Assembly: GCA_964016885.1 (NCBI GenBank)
Contig: OZ024750.1
Location: 16,926,001-16,990,000, forward strand
From: Eledone cirrhosa
Taxonomy: Eukaryota
DNA: 64,000 nt
Direction: 5' to 3'
Below are positions 15,880 through 29,109 of the stretch, piece after piece. Under the pieces are notes generated by a model that was not told the origin of the DNA, ran no database searches, and was given only the letters and a program-made list of their open reading frames with translations. The first letter of the stretch is position 1. The number at the start of each line of letters is the position of its first letter. The position numbers and the translations under genes are program-made.

Positions 15880-16901
15880 ACCACCATCAACACCACCACC
15901 ACCACCACCACCACTTATCACAACCACCATCACCATCAACACCACATCCACCATCACCACCACCACCACCACTTATCACAACCACCATCACCATCAACAC
16001 CACATCCACCACCACCACCACCACCACCACCACCACATCCACCACTTATCAGCTCTACAAACAACATCAATAACTCCAATACCAACAACACCAACATCAC
16101 TACAATCATCAGCATCAACACCACCACTTCCACAACCAACACCACCACCACCACCACCACCACCACCACCACCACCGCCATCATCATCACCAGCAGCAGC
16201 AGCAGCAGCAGCAGCACCACAACCGGCACAACCAGCAACAACAACACCACCACCACCCCATCTACCATCACCACTACAAACAACGTCAGCAACATCAACA
16301 TCCCTACAATCACCAGCACCAGCACCACAACCACCACCACAACCACCTCCACAACCACCACCACCATCACCACCGTCATCACCCACAGCACCACCAGCAC
16401 AACCACCACCACCATCATCGCCACCACCACAACCACCACCACTATCACCTCCGCCACCACCAACAACAACGACAACATAAATATAAGAGGAACAGTTGTG
16501 TACTTTGTGAAATTTTTAACTTTGTGAATTGAAAGTGTCAACAGAAATATGTCAACATAAATTGGGTTTGACAAGGACATGACCTGTTGACAGCGAGTAT
16601 TAGTGGTGGTGGTGGTGGTGGTTGTGGTAGTGGTAGTGGTGGTGTTGGTGGTGGTGGTGGTTGTGGTAATGGTGGTGGTGGTGGTGGTGGTGGTGGTGGT
16701 GGTGGTGGTGGTGGTGTTGGTGGTTCTGTTGTTGGTGTTGCTGTTGGAAGTGGTGGTTGTGATTGTGGTGGTGCTGGTGTTGATGGTGGGTAGGTTCGTG
16801 GTTGTGTTGTTGTTGTTGTTGGTAGTGGTGTTGGCAGGGATGGTGGTGGTGATGGTGTTAGTGGTGGTGGCGGCATAGTAATAGTATTAACGGTACGTGT
16901 T

Positions 16902-16976
<75 letters not shown>

Positions 16977-16992
16977 ACAGCAGCAGTGGTGC

Positions 16993-17033
<41 letters not shown>

Positions 17034-17060
17034 ATAGTAGTAGTAGTAGTAGTAGTAGAA
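15880..17060. repeat. Compound (CAC)n, (GTG)n and (TAG)n tracts
   Basis: Direct reading of the sequence. Confidence 0.9.
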
Positions 17061-17143
17061 CACTGGTGGCAATAATTCGTTCCTGAAGGCCGTTCGTCAC
17101 CCGAAATGTTCGAAATCCGAAACTATTTTACCATACAAAACGT

Positions 17144-17266
<123 letters not shown>

Positions 17267-17442
17267 CTGTGTGTTAAAGACTGATAGATGTCACCATAGT
17301 TAGTAACTAACTACACAGCAAAAGAGGCTTTCCCATCGATACTCCATCATTTTTGCCAGCCGTTGATACCGGTTTGCTTGTTTGTTACGCGAGACACTGT
17401 TCGTGAACGAAGGTTCCACTGTTTATATATATATATCGACAG

Positions 17443-17652
17443 TCGATCAACTTTCGTCAAATCGGACCGAGGAAACCTTGTTTCCATTGGTCTTTCAATT
17501 GCTAATACTATCTATCGGTCGCAAATCCAGGTAGAAGGAGCAACGGGAAATGATGTGCCTACTCAAAGACATAACGCATCGCCCGGCCCGGGAATCGAAC
17601 TCACAACCTCACGATTACGAATCCGATTCACTAACCACTCAGTCGCGCCTTC
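17443..17652 (-). mobile_element. SINE family B
   Basis: Reverse complement of 60903-61115 over its full length. Confidence 0.85.
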
Positions 17653-17961
17653 ACCAATATATATATATAAATAGCTTCTACAGGACTAGTCTGTTTCGTT
17701 CGGGAGACATCATCAGATTGAACTCGGGATAAACTTATATATATATATATACATTCATATATATTTTTATTTGTCTGACCCGAATTTTCTTGGTCGTATT
17801 TTCGGCTGTGCGAATGATTGTTTAAGCATCGTCTCAGTGTGTTGGTATTAAACGTTAGTTATAGCTCTGGTTTATCCAAACTATTGAGCACTTTGCCACA
17901 CATTTCGAAGATTGTGTTTCGTTATTTCGTGGGCCGAGGTTCCGATTCTCGATAATTTATT

Positions 17962-17995
<34 letters not shown>

Positions 17996-18928
17996 TTTCA
18001 ACACACGTTCTCAGATCAAAGCAAGCACAATTCCGAAATATAAATTTCAAATAAAAATTAGTAAATAGATAGTCATGTTGCAAATATTGCTACACACCAG
18101 TTATAGACTGAATCAGCTGTTCAATTTTCCATCCAGCAAGATCTCGACATAGTTTATTTTGCCTAAGGTTAACACTAGTGAAGCAGGCTTAAGATCAAAC
18201 GCATTCCAACCATAAATAGAGGTATAGCAAGGGGTGTAAAAATGGTGGGTCGCCCCCTTGCGCATGCATCAAGGGGATGTGGAAAACTTCCTCTGGCATG
18301 TAATACCTGTTAATTAAAATGGGGACATCAGAAGTGTCTTTGACCCCTTCGAGTGGTGAGAACCCTTGCTACACTCCACTTTCAGGGCCATGCTCATCAC
18401 GTCCATATTTTTCAGGGATTGTGTAACCTGAACTACCTTATCCAACGTGTGACTCGATTTGATTGTTATTTCTGGCGGCGATATGGCAGGGTCGTTAAGG
18501 CGTTAGATTCAATGCTAAGCGCCATTTGCTCTGGTTTTCTGCGAATTGACTTCAAATCCATCCGAGGGCAACGGCATTTTCCTCTATACACTTCATCCTC
18601 CATTAACATTATTTCAAACAATGTGTTCCGTACTCAATTCCTGTCGAGTTAATTTTGCCTTTCACCCTTTCTGGCTCGAGAGGCGGTAGATTAGCGAAAT
18701 TGTTCAAGCCTCGAAAGGATTCTTTGCACTATCCGCCCTGGTTTGGTAATATATTTATAGACACCAAAAAGATGGGAGGCAAGGTTAATTTAGTAGGATT
18801 TGAACTAGAGGCCCACAGTTTGAACTAATAGTGGTGTCCAGGAAATATAGGTATATATATAGAGGAAAATGTAATGAATGGAAGTAATGGCGAAAATTGA
18901 TTGAGGCATCATCGCAATAATAATAATA

Positions 18929-19116
18929 ATAATTGTTTCTACTTTTGGCACAAGGCCAACAATTTACCAGTACATTACTGGTACTTTATTTTATCGACCC
19001 CGTAAGGATGAAAGGCAAAGTTAACGTCGGCGGGATTTGAACTCAGACCGTAAAGGGACGTAACTCTTTGCGTCAAAGCATGGCGTCCGACCCTCTACTG
19101 ATACTGCTAATCCACC
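18929..19116 (-). mobile_element. tRNA-derived SINE family A
   Basis: A-box-like TGGCAGTATCGG-type head, B box GAGTTCAAATCC, body CTTTGCCTTTCATCCTTACGGGGTCGATAAAATAAAGTACCAG and an (ATT)n tail. More than ten copies or fragments occur in the window. Confidence 0.88.
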
Positions 19117-19132
19117 AATAATAATAATAATA

Positions 19133-19356
19133 ATTAGTATAGGCACAAGGCCAATAATTTGTTTTTTTTTAGAGGATGGGGGGGGGGGGGGGTCGATTAA
19201 ATCGACCCCAGTACGTTACTGGTACTTTATTTGATCGACCCCGTAAGGATGAAAGGCAAAGTTAACCTCGGCGGGATTTGAACTCAGACCGTAAAGAACC
19301 ATAACTCTATGCCTCAAAGCATGGCGTCCGACCCTCTACCGATACTGCCAATCCAC
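19133..19356 (-). mobile_element. SINE family A (long 3' subtype)
   Basis: Same body plus the extra GGGGTCGATTTAATCGAC segment. Confidence 0.88.
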
Positions 19357-19359
19357 TAA

Positions 19360-19640
19360 TAATGATTTCTTTATTGACCACAAAGGGTTTACATCAAGAA
19401 AAACATTATCACAGTACAGGACGAAAACATTGAGTGTATGTATGTTTGTGTGTGGGTTTTGCGTGTAAACAAATTTAACAATATTAAAAAAAGGAAGATA
19501 ACAATAAAATTAAAACAAAGAAGGTTCCTCAGTAGTGAGGAGACGTTCGAGGGTCACTCGTGGAAAAAAACCCTATAAAACCACCGATGTTCTGATCTCT
19601 AGGGTAAGTGCCCTGTCCCAGTTGTACTCCTCCATTCTAA
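19360..19640 (-). mobile_element. Tx1-family 3' UTR fragment
   Basis: The reverse complement matches 53950-54185 (TCCACGAGTGACCCTCG..GTCTCC) and ends TTGTGGTCAATAAAGAAATCAT. Confidence 0.75.
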
Positions 19641-19883
19641 AAAGAAAACTCACATACGAACATAAGCACACACGTATACATACACAGACCCATAGACATA
19701 CACGCAAACTCCCCCATGCACACACACACACATACAGATATACATGTAAACACGCACATACACGCGTACATACGTACACATTCGTGTGACCTTAACACAC
19801 GAACACTCACCAGGCACAAAGATTTAGCTGCACGCGCGCTCTCGTAACAAACTCTGTCGCACACATGCTTTCACGTACCTTCG

Positions 19884-19932
<49 letters not shown>

Positions 19933-20467
19933 GCCTTCACGTATATATATATATATGAGAGAGGAAGAGAAAGAAAGAGAGAGAGAGACACACACACAGA
20001 AAGAGATGGGGAGAGAGGAAGAGAAAGAAAGAGAGAGAGACACACACACAGAAAGAGATGGGGAGAGAGAGAGAGAGAAAGAGAAAGAGAGAGAGAATCA
20101 CTCAACAAGAAACTGCCCAAATCAATGAATTTATCTCCAGGTGATCACTCGAGCTGCAAGAAACAGCAACCGAATACGCCACGAGTCACACCCTACCATC
20201 ATAAAAACAACATATTGTATAATGTAGTCATAGGTACACATTGCATTTAAAAAACACGACGTTGTAGTCACAGCTGGAAAACCTTTGATCATAGGTTTTC
20301 TGGATCACGAACTTTAGTACTGTGGTAACAACAAAAACAATTTCAACATCTACGACAGACTCTTATACAACTTTTCTTTCTGTTGCCTTTTTCACTTTTT
20401 TGTACTCTTAACCAATATATATAATCTTTCCCAGGTTCGATCTAAGGATTGGCCCTCTTTGTATCCA

Positions 20468-20548
<81 letters not shown>

Positions 20549-20690
20549 CTCTCTCTCTCTACGTGATATTTTGCAACTGAATTGAATTTCAGAAGATCAT
20601 GTGAAAGGGTGAAGCAGCCTTTCTTTTGCTTAAACTTTAATCCGTACAAATAACTAATAAATATTTGCTCTACGGGTTATATATATATAT

Positions 20691-20846
20691 AGGAAAATGT
20701 TCAAGACCCCGACGGCAGATCTCAAGCCGTTTCGTTGGCTATTTCTGGACTATTTCAGTCCAGAAATTACCCACTCTATTACCCTAAGTATTGAGTACAC
20801 TGGTGCGTTATGGTCCATCTGTTTCCTTACCACACTTCCTTCGTTA
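20691..20846 (+). mobile_element. Fold-back family P, copy 3 (main arm internally deleted)
   Basis: The inverted arm is intact. The main arm jumps from AGTCCAGAAAT to TACCCACT. TA repeats flank both sides. Confidence 0.75.
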
Positions 20847-20871
20847 TATATATATATATAACGAAGGAAGT

Positions 20872-21053
20872 GTGGATTGGCAGTATCGGTAGAGGGTTTA
20901 ACGCCATGCTTTCCAGCATAGTTACGTCCCTTTATGATCTGAGTTGAAATCCCGCCGAGGTTGACTTTGCCTTTCATCCTTACAGGGTCGATAAAATAAA
21001 GTACCAGTAATGCACTGGGTAATTGCTGGCCTTGTGACTAAAGTAGAAACAGT

Positions 21054-21056
<3 letters not shown>
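20872..21056 (+). mobile_element. SINE family A
   Basis: Full-length match to the other copies. Confidence 0.88.
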
Positions 21057-21085
<29 letters not shown>

Positions 21086-21143
21086 CATAATCCTTATCGA
21101 GCTCTCTTCGGATTTTAGTCTTCATAATTATTATTACTATCTA

Positions 21144-21194
<51 letters not shown>

Positions 21195-21431
21195 CATGAT
21201 ATAAAAAAAAGTATGCGCACGTGCGAGGAGATGATATAAAATAATTTATAAAATAATTTATAAAATAAGGTGAAATCAGTTTAAAGACAGAAAGAGAAGT
21301 TGCCATCGGATTGGTCACTATCACGAATCGATATTTTATAGTTCCTCGACGCATGTATATATCATTTTTATATTAACTCTATCTTCTCATCGCTTTGTAA
21401 ACGTTCTAAATATCGGCTACGTATAGATACT

Positions 21432-21473
<42 letters not shown>

Positions 21474-21537
21474 TCTTTTTCCATTTTTTCCAATTCCACA
21501 CTGCCCGTCCCTTCAATCTAGCTTATTTCTCATTCTT

Positions 21538-21575
21538 TCTTCTGATGAAGGACTAGTGTCCGAAACGTGTTAAGA
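21538..21575 (+). ncRNA. Minimal type I hammerhead (Penelope-like element type)
   Basis: TCTT-CTGATGA-A-GGAC(TAGT)GTCC-GAAA-CGTG-TT-AAGA. Stems I and II pair, and stem III is minimal. Confidence 0.7.
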
Positions 21576-21634
21576 CCCTCTTCCTGCTATTTCCTAATAT
21601 ATTATTTCCATATTTCTGTTTTCCTTTTACATAC

Positions 21635-21810
21635 ATACATGGTGGCTGCCAACTCGTTTTCGAGTACGGCCACTACTTTATATCCATGTAGGAGAACCCC
21701 TACCGATACGCTGAACGAGTGTGACTTTTTAGTCCAGCCAGCGACTTGAAAACTCTGGTACAAACACTACACTTGTGACAATTATTGACACATAGTGCTG
21801 GGCCCATGGT
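21635..21810 (-). mobile_element. RTE-like LINE 3' end with a terminal C2H2-type finger
   Basis: The minus strand reads CSVCTRVFKSLAGLKSHTRS, then a stop, a short UTR and a (TATG)n tail. It is embedded in TATG/CATA repeats on both sides. Confidence 0.6.
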
Positions 21811-21859
21811 ACATACATACATACATATATACATACACATACATACATACATACATACA

Positions 21860-21958
<99 letters not shown>

Positions 21959-22176
21959 CCTTCTATGTTGTTTACTTGTCCCCCTCGCCTTACGCGAATT
22001 CTGGTCCCAATAACCTTCTTTAGATATTGCTCGCACCAACCTGATGGTTGGAAAATCACTGACGAAGGACTATTTTTATCATATGTAACCCATGTGCAAA
22101 CCACGCAGTATTCGTCTTTCTTCTCATGTTTATATATATATATTTAAAAGAATGGAGGTGTAACACACGAGTTATG

Positions 22177-22641
22177 ATATATTGGTAAAAGGAAAAGAAA
22201 ATGCTGACAAATTTTTCCCAGTGAAAAACAGTTTAATTAGGAATAAGTAAAAATTAGTAATAGTATTGGTTAGTATTCAGTTTTGGTTTTAAGTTTTACC
22301 GGTTGCGCATTTCTAATGCTTTTCAAAAGTAATTTTGAGATAGAGCACCCGTGATGTTTGCTCTAATCTGGATTAGAGCAAACATCACGGGTGCTCTATC
22401 TCAAAATTACTTTTGAAAAGCATTAGAAATGCGCAACCGGTAAAACTTAGAGCAAACAGCACGGACACTCTATCTCAAAATTATTTTTGAAAAGCATTTA
22501 GAAATGCGCAACCGGTAAAAACTTAAAAACTTAAAACCACAACTGAATACTAACCCATACAATCACTAATACTCTTTTATTCCTAATTAAACCATTTTTC
22601 AACTGTGAACAATTTGTCAGCATTTTCTATTCCGTTTACCA

Positions 22642-22646
<5 letters not shown>
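22177..22646. mobile_element. Large inverted repeat with a perfect inner hairpin and a tandem partial duplication
   Basis: Inner arms 22290-22368 and 22371-22449 are perfect. The outer right arm 22447-22646 is a diverged complement of the left arm and ends in (TA)n. Confidence 0.85.
22411..22520 (+). ncRNA. Two tandem variant hammerhead-like motifs (UUGAAAA ... GCAA-CCGG-UA)
   Basis: TTGAAAA-GCATT(AGA)AATGC-GCAA-CCGG-TA starts at 22413 and recurs at 22487. Stem III is the palindrome ACCGGT. The core differs from consensus. Confidence 0.45.
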
Positions 22647-22678
<32 letters not shown>

Positions 22679-23039
22679 TACATACTTACGAGGATAACTG
22701 GTATGATTGACAGTGGGTCACTGATAGTGGCACACGACCATATTGTATACAGAAATACATAAATAAACGAATGAATAGAAAGGCCAACTATTTAGTCGAG
22801 CGATGGGAAGGGGTGAGTGAAGAAACGTAAAAGGTTTTAGGGTTGTGTGTGTATGTGTGGGAGGTGCTTGTGTTTTAGTAACTCTTACCTTCTCTTTACC
22901 TTTGACGTCCCAACAAAGAAACAATGCAAGCATTCAACTACAGCCTTGTAGGAGATGGAGGAGGAGAAGGGATAATAAGGAGGGAAATACCAAGTTAGAT
23001 AGAGAGATAAGATGGACAGACAGGCGGATAGATAGGTAT

Positions 23040-23109
<70 letters not shown>

Positions 23110-23240
23110 TGATAGATAGATTGATAGATAGGTAATAAATAGATAGATCGATAGATGGATATATATAGAGATAGATAGATAATATTTTACACACACACAT
23201 CCACATATATATATATATATAGAGAGAGAGAGAAAGAGAG

Positions 23241-23291
<51 letters not shown>

Positions 23292-24109
23292 GAGAGAGAG
23301 AGAGAGAGTGAGAGAGAGAGAGAGAGGCAAGCACAGATAAAGAGATAGAGATTGAAAGATAAAGAGAGAGATGGGGACTCCAATGACAATACAACAATCA
23401 GATCTAGAAAGCGCCTGGCTGTCACTCAAACACACACACGTACACATATAAACACTCACATACCCACATACAAACATACAAACATGCTTACATACATGCA
23501 TGCTTACATACATACACATACATACTAACATTTACATACATATACAGTTGTGGCTTTCTTAAATACGTATTTTTATATACAGTATATATATATATATATA
23601 TATATATACAGTCATACATAGTAACATTTACATGCATACACAGACATACACACACAGAGCGAAGAATAACAATTTCAACAGCTAATTGTAACTGTGTATT
23701 GGTTGTGAAGGACGGAGGGGGGGGGGGGGGGCGACGCTCGTGAGCGTTCTTCACAAGGCGGCCATGTGCGACTATGTGAGAGGGGGAGGGGATAGGTAGT
23801 GAGGGTGTGAGGTATTGAGGAAGTGAGTGAGTGAGAGTGGGAGGTAGTGATGTGGTGAAGGAGGGAGGGATTGAAAAGGTGGTGGTGATGGTGGTCGTGG
23901 TGGTGGTGGTGGATAATGAAGGGATGAAGTGGTTGTTTTGTTGTTGATATTAGATGGCGGGGTTAATGGTAATGATGAAGGTGGTGGTGGTGGTGGTGAT
24001 GATGGTGGTGGTGGTGGTAGTGGTGGTGGTGGTGCTGGTGGTGGTGGGGCAGCGATGGTGGGTGGTGGTAGAAGCTATGGTGTTGTGGTGGCGGTTGGGT
24101 TAGTGGTGG

Positions 24110-24880
24110 TAGTGGTGATGGTGGTGTTGGTGTTGGTGTTGGTGTTGGTGGTAGTACTGTTGGTGGTGGTGGTGATGGTGGTAGTACTGTTGGTGGTGGT
24201 GGTGTTGGTGATAGTTCTGTTGGTGGTGGTGGTGGTGATGGTGGTGTTGGTGTTGGTGGTAGTACTGTTGGTGTTGGTGGTGGTGGTGATGGTGGTAGTA
24301 CTGTTGGTGGTGGTGGTGGTGATGGTGGTGTTGGTGTTGGTGGTAGTACTGTTGGTGTTGGTGGTGGTGGTGATGGTGGTAGTACTGTTGGTGGTGGTGG
24401 TGGTGGTGATGGTGGTGTTGGTGTTGGTGGTAGTACTGTTGGTGGTGGTGGTGGTGGTGATGGTGGTAGTACTGTTGGTGGTGGTGGTGGTGATGGTGGT
24501 AGTACTGTTGGTGGTGGTGGTGGTGATGGTGGTGTTGGTGGTACTGTTGGTGTTGGTGGTGGTGGTGGTGGTGTTGGTGATGGTGGTAGTACTGTTGGTG
24601 GTGGTGGTGGTGATGGTGGTAGTACTGTTGGTGGTGGTGGTGGTGATGGTGGTAGTACTGTTGGTGGTGGTGGTGGTGATGGTGGTGTTGGTGTTGGTGG
24701 TAGTACTGTTGGTGTTGGTGGTGGTGGTGGTGGTGGTAGTACTGTTGGTGTTGGTGGTGGTGGTGGTGGTGGTAGTGTTGGTGTTGGTTGTAGTGCTGGT
24801 GGTAGTACTGTTGATGGTGATGGTGGTGTTGGTGTTGGTGGTAGTACCTATGGTGTTGGTGGTGGTGGTGATGGTGGTGT
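24110..24880. repeat. (GTG)n-based minisatellite with GTAGTACTGTTG units
   Basis: Direct reading of the sequence. Confidence 0.9.
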
Positions 24881-25009
24881 TGGTGTCGGTTGTAGTGCTG
24901 GTGGTGTCGTTCAGTGTAATTGTGTGAGTGATCTGTCAAGGACTCCCCATCACTTCATGACATGCACATGGTACACGCTCCAGCCTTTTGTCATCACCAA
25001 CAACGACGC

Positions 25010-25900
25010 TAACACCGCCACCTCCATTAACACCACCACCACCGCCACCACTATCACCACCGCAACCACTACCACCACCACCATCTCCATTAACACCACC
25101 ACCACCGCCACCACTATCACCACCGCAACCACTACCACCACCACCATCTCCATTAACACCACCACCACCTCCACCACTAACACCACCGCAACTACCACCA
25201 CCACCACCATCTCCATTAACACCACCACCACCTCGACCACTAACACCACCGCAACCACTACCACCACCACCATCTCCATTAACACCACCACCACCTCCAC
25301 CACTAACACCACCGCAACTACCACCACCACCACCATCTCCATTAACACCACCACCGCCTCCACCACTAACACCACCGCAACCACTACCACCACCACCATC
25401 TCCATTAACACCACCACCACCTCCACCACTAACACCACCGCAACCACTACCACCACCACCATCTCCATTAACACCACCACCACCTCCACCACTAACACCA
25501 CCGCAACCACTACCACCACCACCATCTCCATTAACACCACCACCACCTCCACCACTAACACCACCGCAACCACTACCACCACCACCATCTCCATTAACAC
25601 CACCACCACCTCCACCACTAACACCACCGCAACCACTACCACCACCACCATCTCCATTAACACCACCACCACCTCCACCACTAACACCACCGCAACCACT
25701 ACCACCACCACCATCTCCATTAACACCACCACCACCTCCACCACTAACACCATCGAAACCACTACCACCACCACCACCATCTCCATTAACAGCACCACCA
25801 CCTCCATTAACACCACCACCTCCATTAACACCGCCACCACCTCCATTAACACCACCACCTCCATTAACACCACCACCACCTCCATTAACATCACCACCAC
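25010..25900. repeat. Minisatellite of about 57 bp (ATCTCCATTAACACCACC..GCAACCACTACC)
   Basis: 19-aa periodicity in the translated frames. Confidence 0.92.
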
Positions 25901-26269
25901 CTTCAGTAACACCACCACCACCACCACCTACAACATTAACAAGAACAGTTCTGACATCTACATCACCAACATCATCACCGCACTAATACCAAGACCAACA
26001 TCACCACCACCTCCACTAACACTACCGCCACTTTCACAACAACTGACACCACCACCACCACACTAATATCAACGTTATCAACACCCCACCCACCCCAGCC
26101 TTAACATACCCAACACTACCCACACCATTACAATGACTACTACTAATGCTACCAGCAACATTACACCACGAAAACAATCATCACCATGTGCACAAAAAGG
26201 ACTAACAGTATTACCGACACTACACCACGAAATCACCATCATCCTCAACACCAACACCACTAACATCAA

Positions 26270-27190
26270 CACCACTAAAACTACGCTCAACACCACTAAT
26301 ACTATGCTCAACACCACTAATACTAGGTTCAACACCACTAATACTAGGTTCAACACCACTAATACTACGCTCAACACCACTAATACTAAGTTCAACACCA
26401 CTAAAACTACGCTCAACACCACTAATACTACGCTCAACACCACTAAAACTACGCTCACCACCACCAATACTACGCTCAACACTACTAACACCATCACCAC
26501 TAATACTACGCTCACCACCACTAATACTACGCTCAACACCTCTAATACTACGCTCATCACCTCTAATACTACGCTCATCACTTCTAATACTACGCTCAAC
26601 ACCTCTAATACTACGCTCAACACCTCTAATACTACGCTCATCACCTCTAATACTACGCTCAAAACCACTAAAACTACGCTCACCACCACTAATACTACGC
26701 TCAACACTACTAACACCATCACCACTAATACTACGCTCACCACCACTAATACTACGCTCAACACCTCTAATACTACGCTCATTACCTCTAATACTACGCT
26801 CATCACTTCTAATACTACGCTCAACACCTCTAATACTACGCTCAACACCTCTAATACTACGCTCATTACCTCTAATACTACGCTCATCACTTCTAATACT
26901 ACGCTCACCACCACTAATACTACGCTCAACACCTCTAATACTACGCTCATTACCTCTAATACTACGCTCATCACTTCTAATACTACGCTCAACACCTCTA
27001 ATACTACGCTCAATACCTCTAATACTACGCTCAACACCTCTAATACTACGCTCAACACCACTAATACTACGCTCAACACCTCTAATACTACGCTCATCAC
27101 CTCTAATACTACGCTCATCACCTCTAATACCACGCTCAACACCACTAATACTACGCTCAACACCACTAATACTACGCTCATCACCACTAA
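26270..27190. repeat. 21-bp minisatellite (CTAATACTACGCTCAACACCW)
   Basis: 7-aa periodicity, with higher-order duplication of variant units. Confidence 0.95.
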
Positions 27191-27623
27191 CAACTCCCGT
27201 AACACCACCAGCTTCGCCACCATCATACTCGCCTCCAATACGACCATCATGGCTCCCAACACCAACCCCACCACAATAGTTATTGTAAATGTTGTTTTTC
27301 TGTTATTGCTCTTTTGTGTGTACGTTAATGTCCATTGTTGCTTGACGTTGTTATGGCGAGGAAGGTGGAGGGGAAGGGAGAAGGGGAGTGGAGGAGAGAG
27401 GAGGAGAGAGAGGTGGAAAGTGGTCTCGCTCACCAATACCTTTACCCTTCTCTCATTTTTCCTCAGATGTCCATCCCCTCCTCCTTCGTTATTTCCTCCC
27501 CCCCCTTCTCTTTCTCTACCTAACACTAAACCATACGCCACCACACTTTCTTTTCTGTTGCTTATTTTTGTGTTGTTTTTGGTTTTATTCACCACACACT
27601 TCAGTGGGCGAACGAATGGATGA

Positions 27624-27860
27624 AAGAAGAAGAAGAAGAAGAAGAAGAAGAAGAAGAAGAAGAAGAAGAAGAAGAAGAAGAAGAAGAAGAAGAAGAAGAA
27701 GAAGAAAAAGAAAAAGAAAAAGAAAAAGAAAAAGAAAAAGAAAAAGAAGAAGAAGAAGAAGAAGAAGAAGAAGAAGAAGAAAAAGAAAAAGAAGAAGAAG
27801 AAGAAAGGAAAAAAAAAGAAGAAGAAGAAGAAGAAGAAGAAGAAGAAGAAGAAGAAGACA
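27624..27860. repeat. (GAA)n/(GAAAAA)n purine tract
   Basis: Direct reading of the sequence. Confidence 0.95.
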
Positions 27861-28593
27861 AACGACAGCAAGAACCAGAACCAGAACAACAACAACAACA
27901 AGAGCAGGGACAAGAAAAAGAAGTACTGGGGATGGAGGGAGAAGAACAACAACAACAAACATGTACAACAACAACAAATCAACGATGGGGGAGGGTCACA
28001 CACAATAAAGTGGTATTATCCCTTATAGACTGTATTAGTCTTTTATAAAGACATTATCGTTAATAAAAGTTAACCTTTTTATTGGCGCCATTTTTATCGC
28101 CATTATTATTGTTGTTATTGTTAACAGGATTGATTCTCTGTTGTTGCCCATTTTTTTCTATCGTATTGTTACTCTTGTCTAATGTTGTTTTCATTATTGT
28201 TGCCGTCTAATGTAGTTATTGTTGTTATTGTTGTTGTCAGCGTTCTTTTATTTTCTCATTCCATAAGAATATAATAGGGAAGGGTGAAAGAATATAATGG
28301 ATAAAGGAGGGGAGAAAGAGAGAGTGAGAGTGCGTTTGTGTGTGTGATAGAGAGAGGTGGAGGAGAGTGTGAGGGAGACACAGATAGAGGGAGAGTGAGG
28401 GAGTGAGAGAGTGACGTATAAATGACGATGGTGGGGTAAAAATCTATTCTATAATGGCGGCCATTTTTAGCACATACACTCACATACACACAAACACTCA
28501 CATATATATATATATATATATATGTGTGTGTATATATATATATATATACATATTCATATATATATATATATTTATACACACACACACACAATG

Positions 28594-28657
<64 letters not shown>

Positions 28658-29109
28658 CGTTCATACACACACATACCAGATGAGCAGTTCTATGATAGCT
28701 TTTACATATTGCTTGGACTTCAGAAAAAGACCTAACAAGTAAAATATGAAAAAAAAAAAGACAGACAACTTCATCACAGCCATACAATATCCACTAACAC
28801 CGTACCCAGCCATCATCACAACCACCACAACCACTACCACCACCACCACCACCACCACCATCATTATCGCTATTGTGACCGCCGCCATCTTAACTGGAAA
28901 TTAAGCAGGATATTAGAGGCCAAATGTGCTTTTGTGAAGATGTCGCCTCACACGAATATAAAATAAATGAACAAATAAATAAATAGATAAATAAGTGAAT
29001 AAATAAATAAGTAAATAAATGATGAAATAAAAACAACAAAACAACAACAACAACTAGAAATACAAACAAACAAAACACATCTGTTACTTTTGCTGCATTC
29101 ACCAATAAC

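Noticed and set aside
22062-22085. CTGACGAAGGAC hammerhead start
   Set aside because: The second half of stem II and the GAAA are missing.
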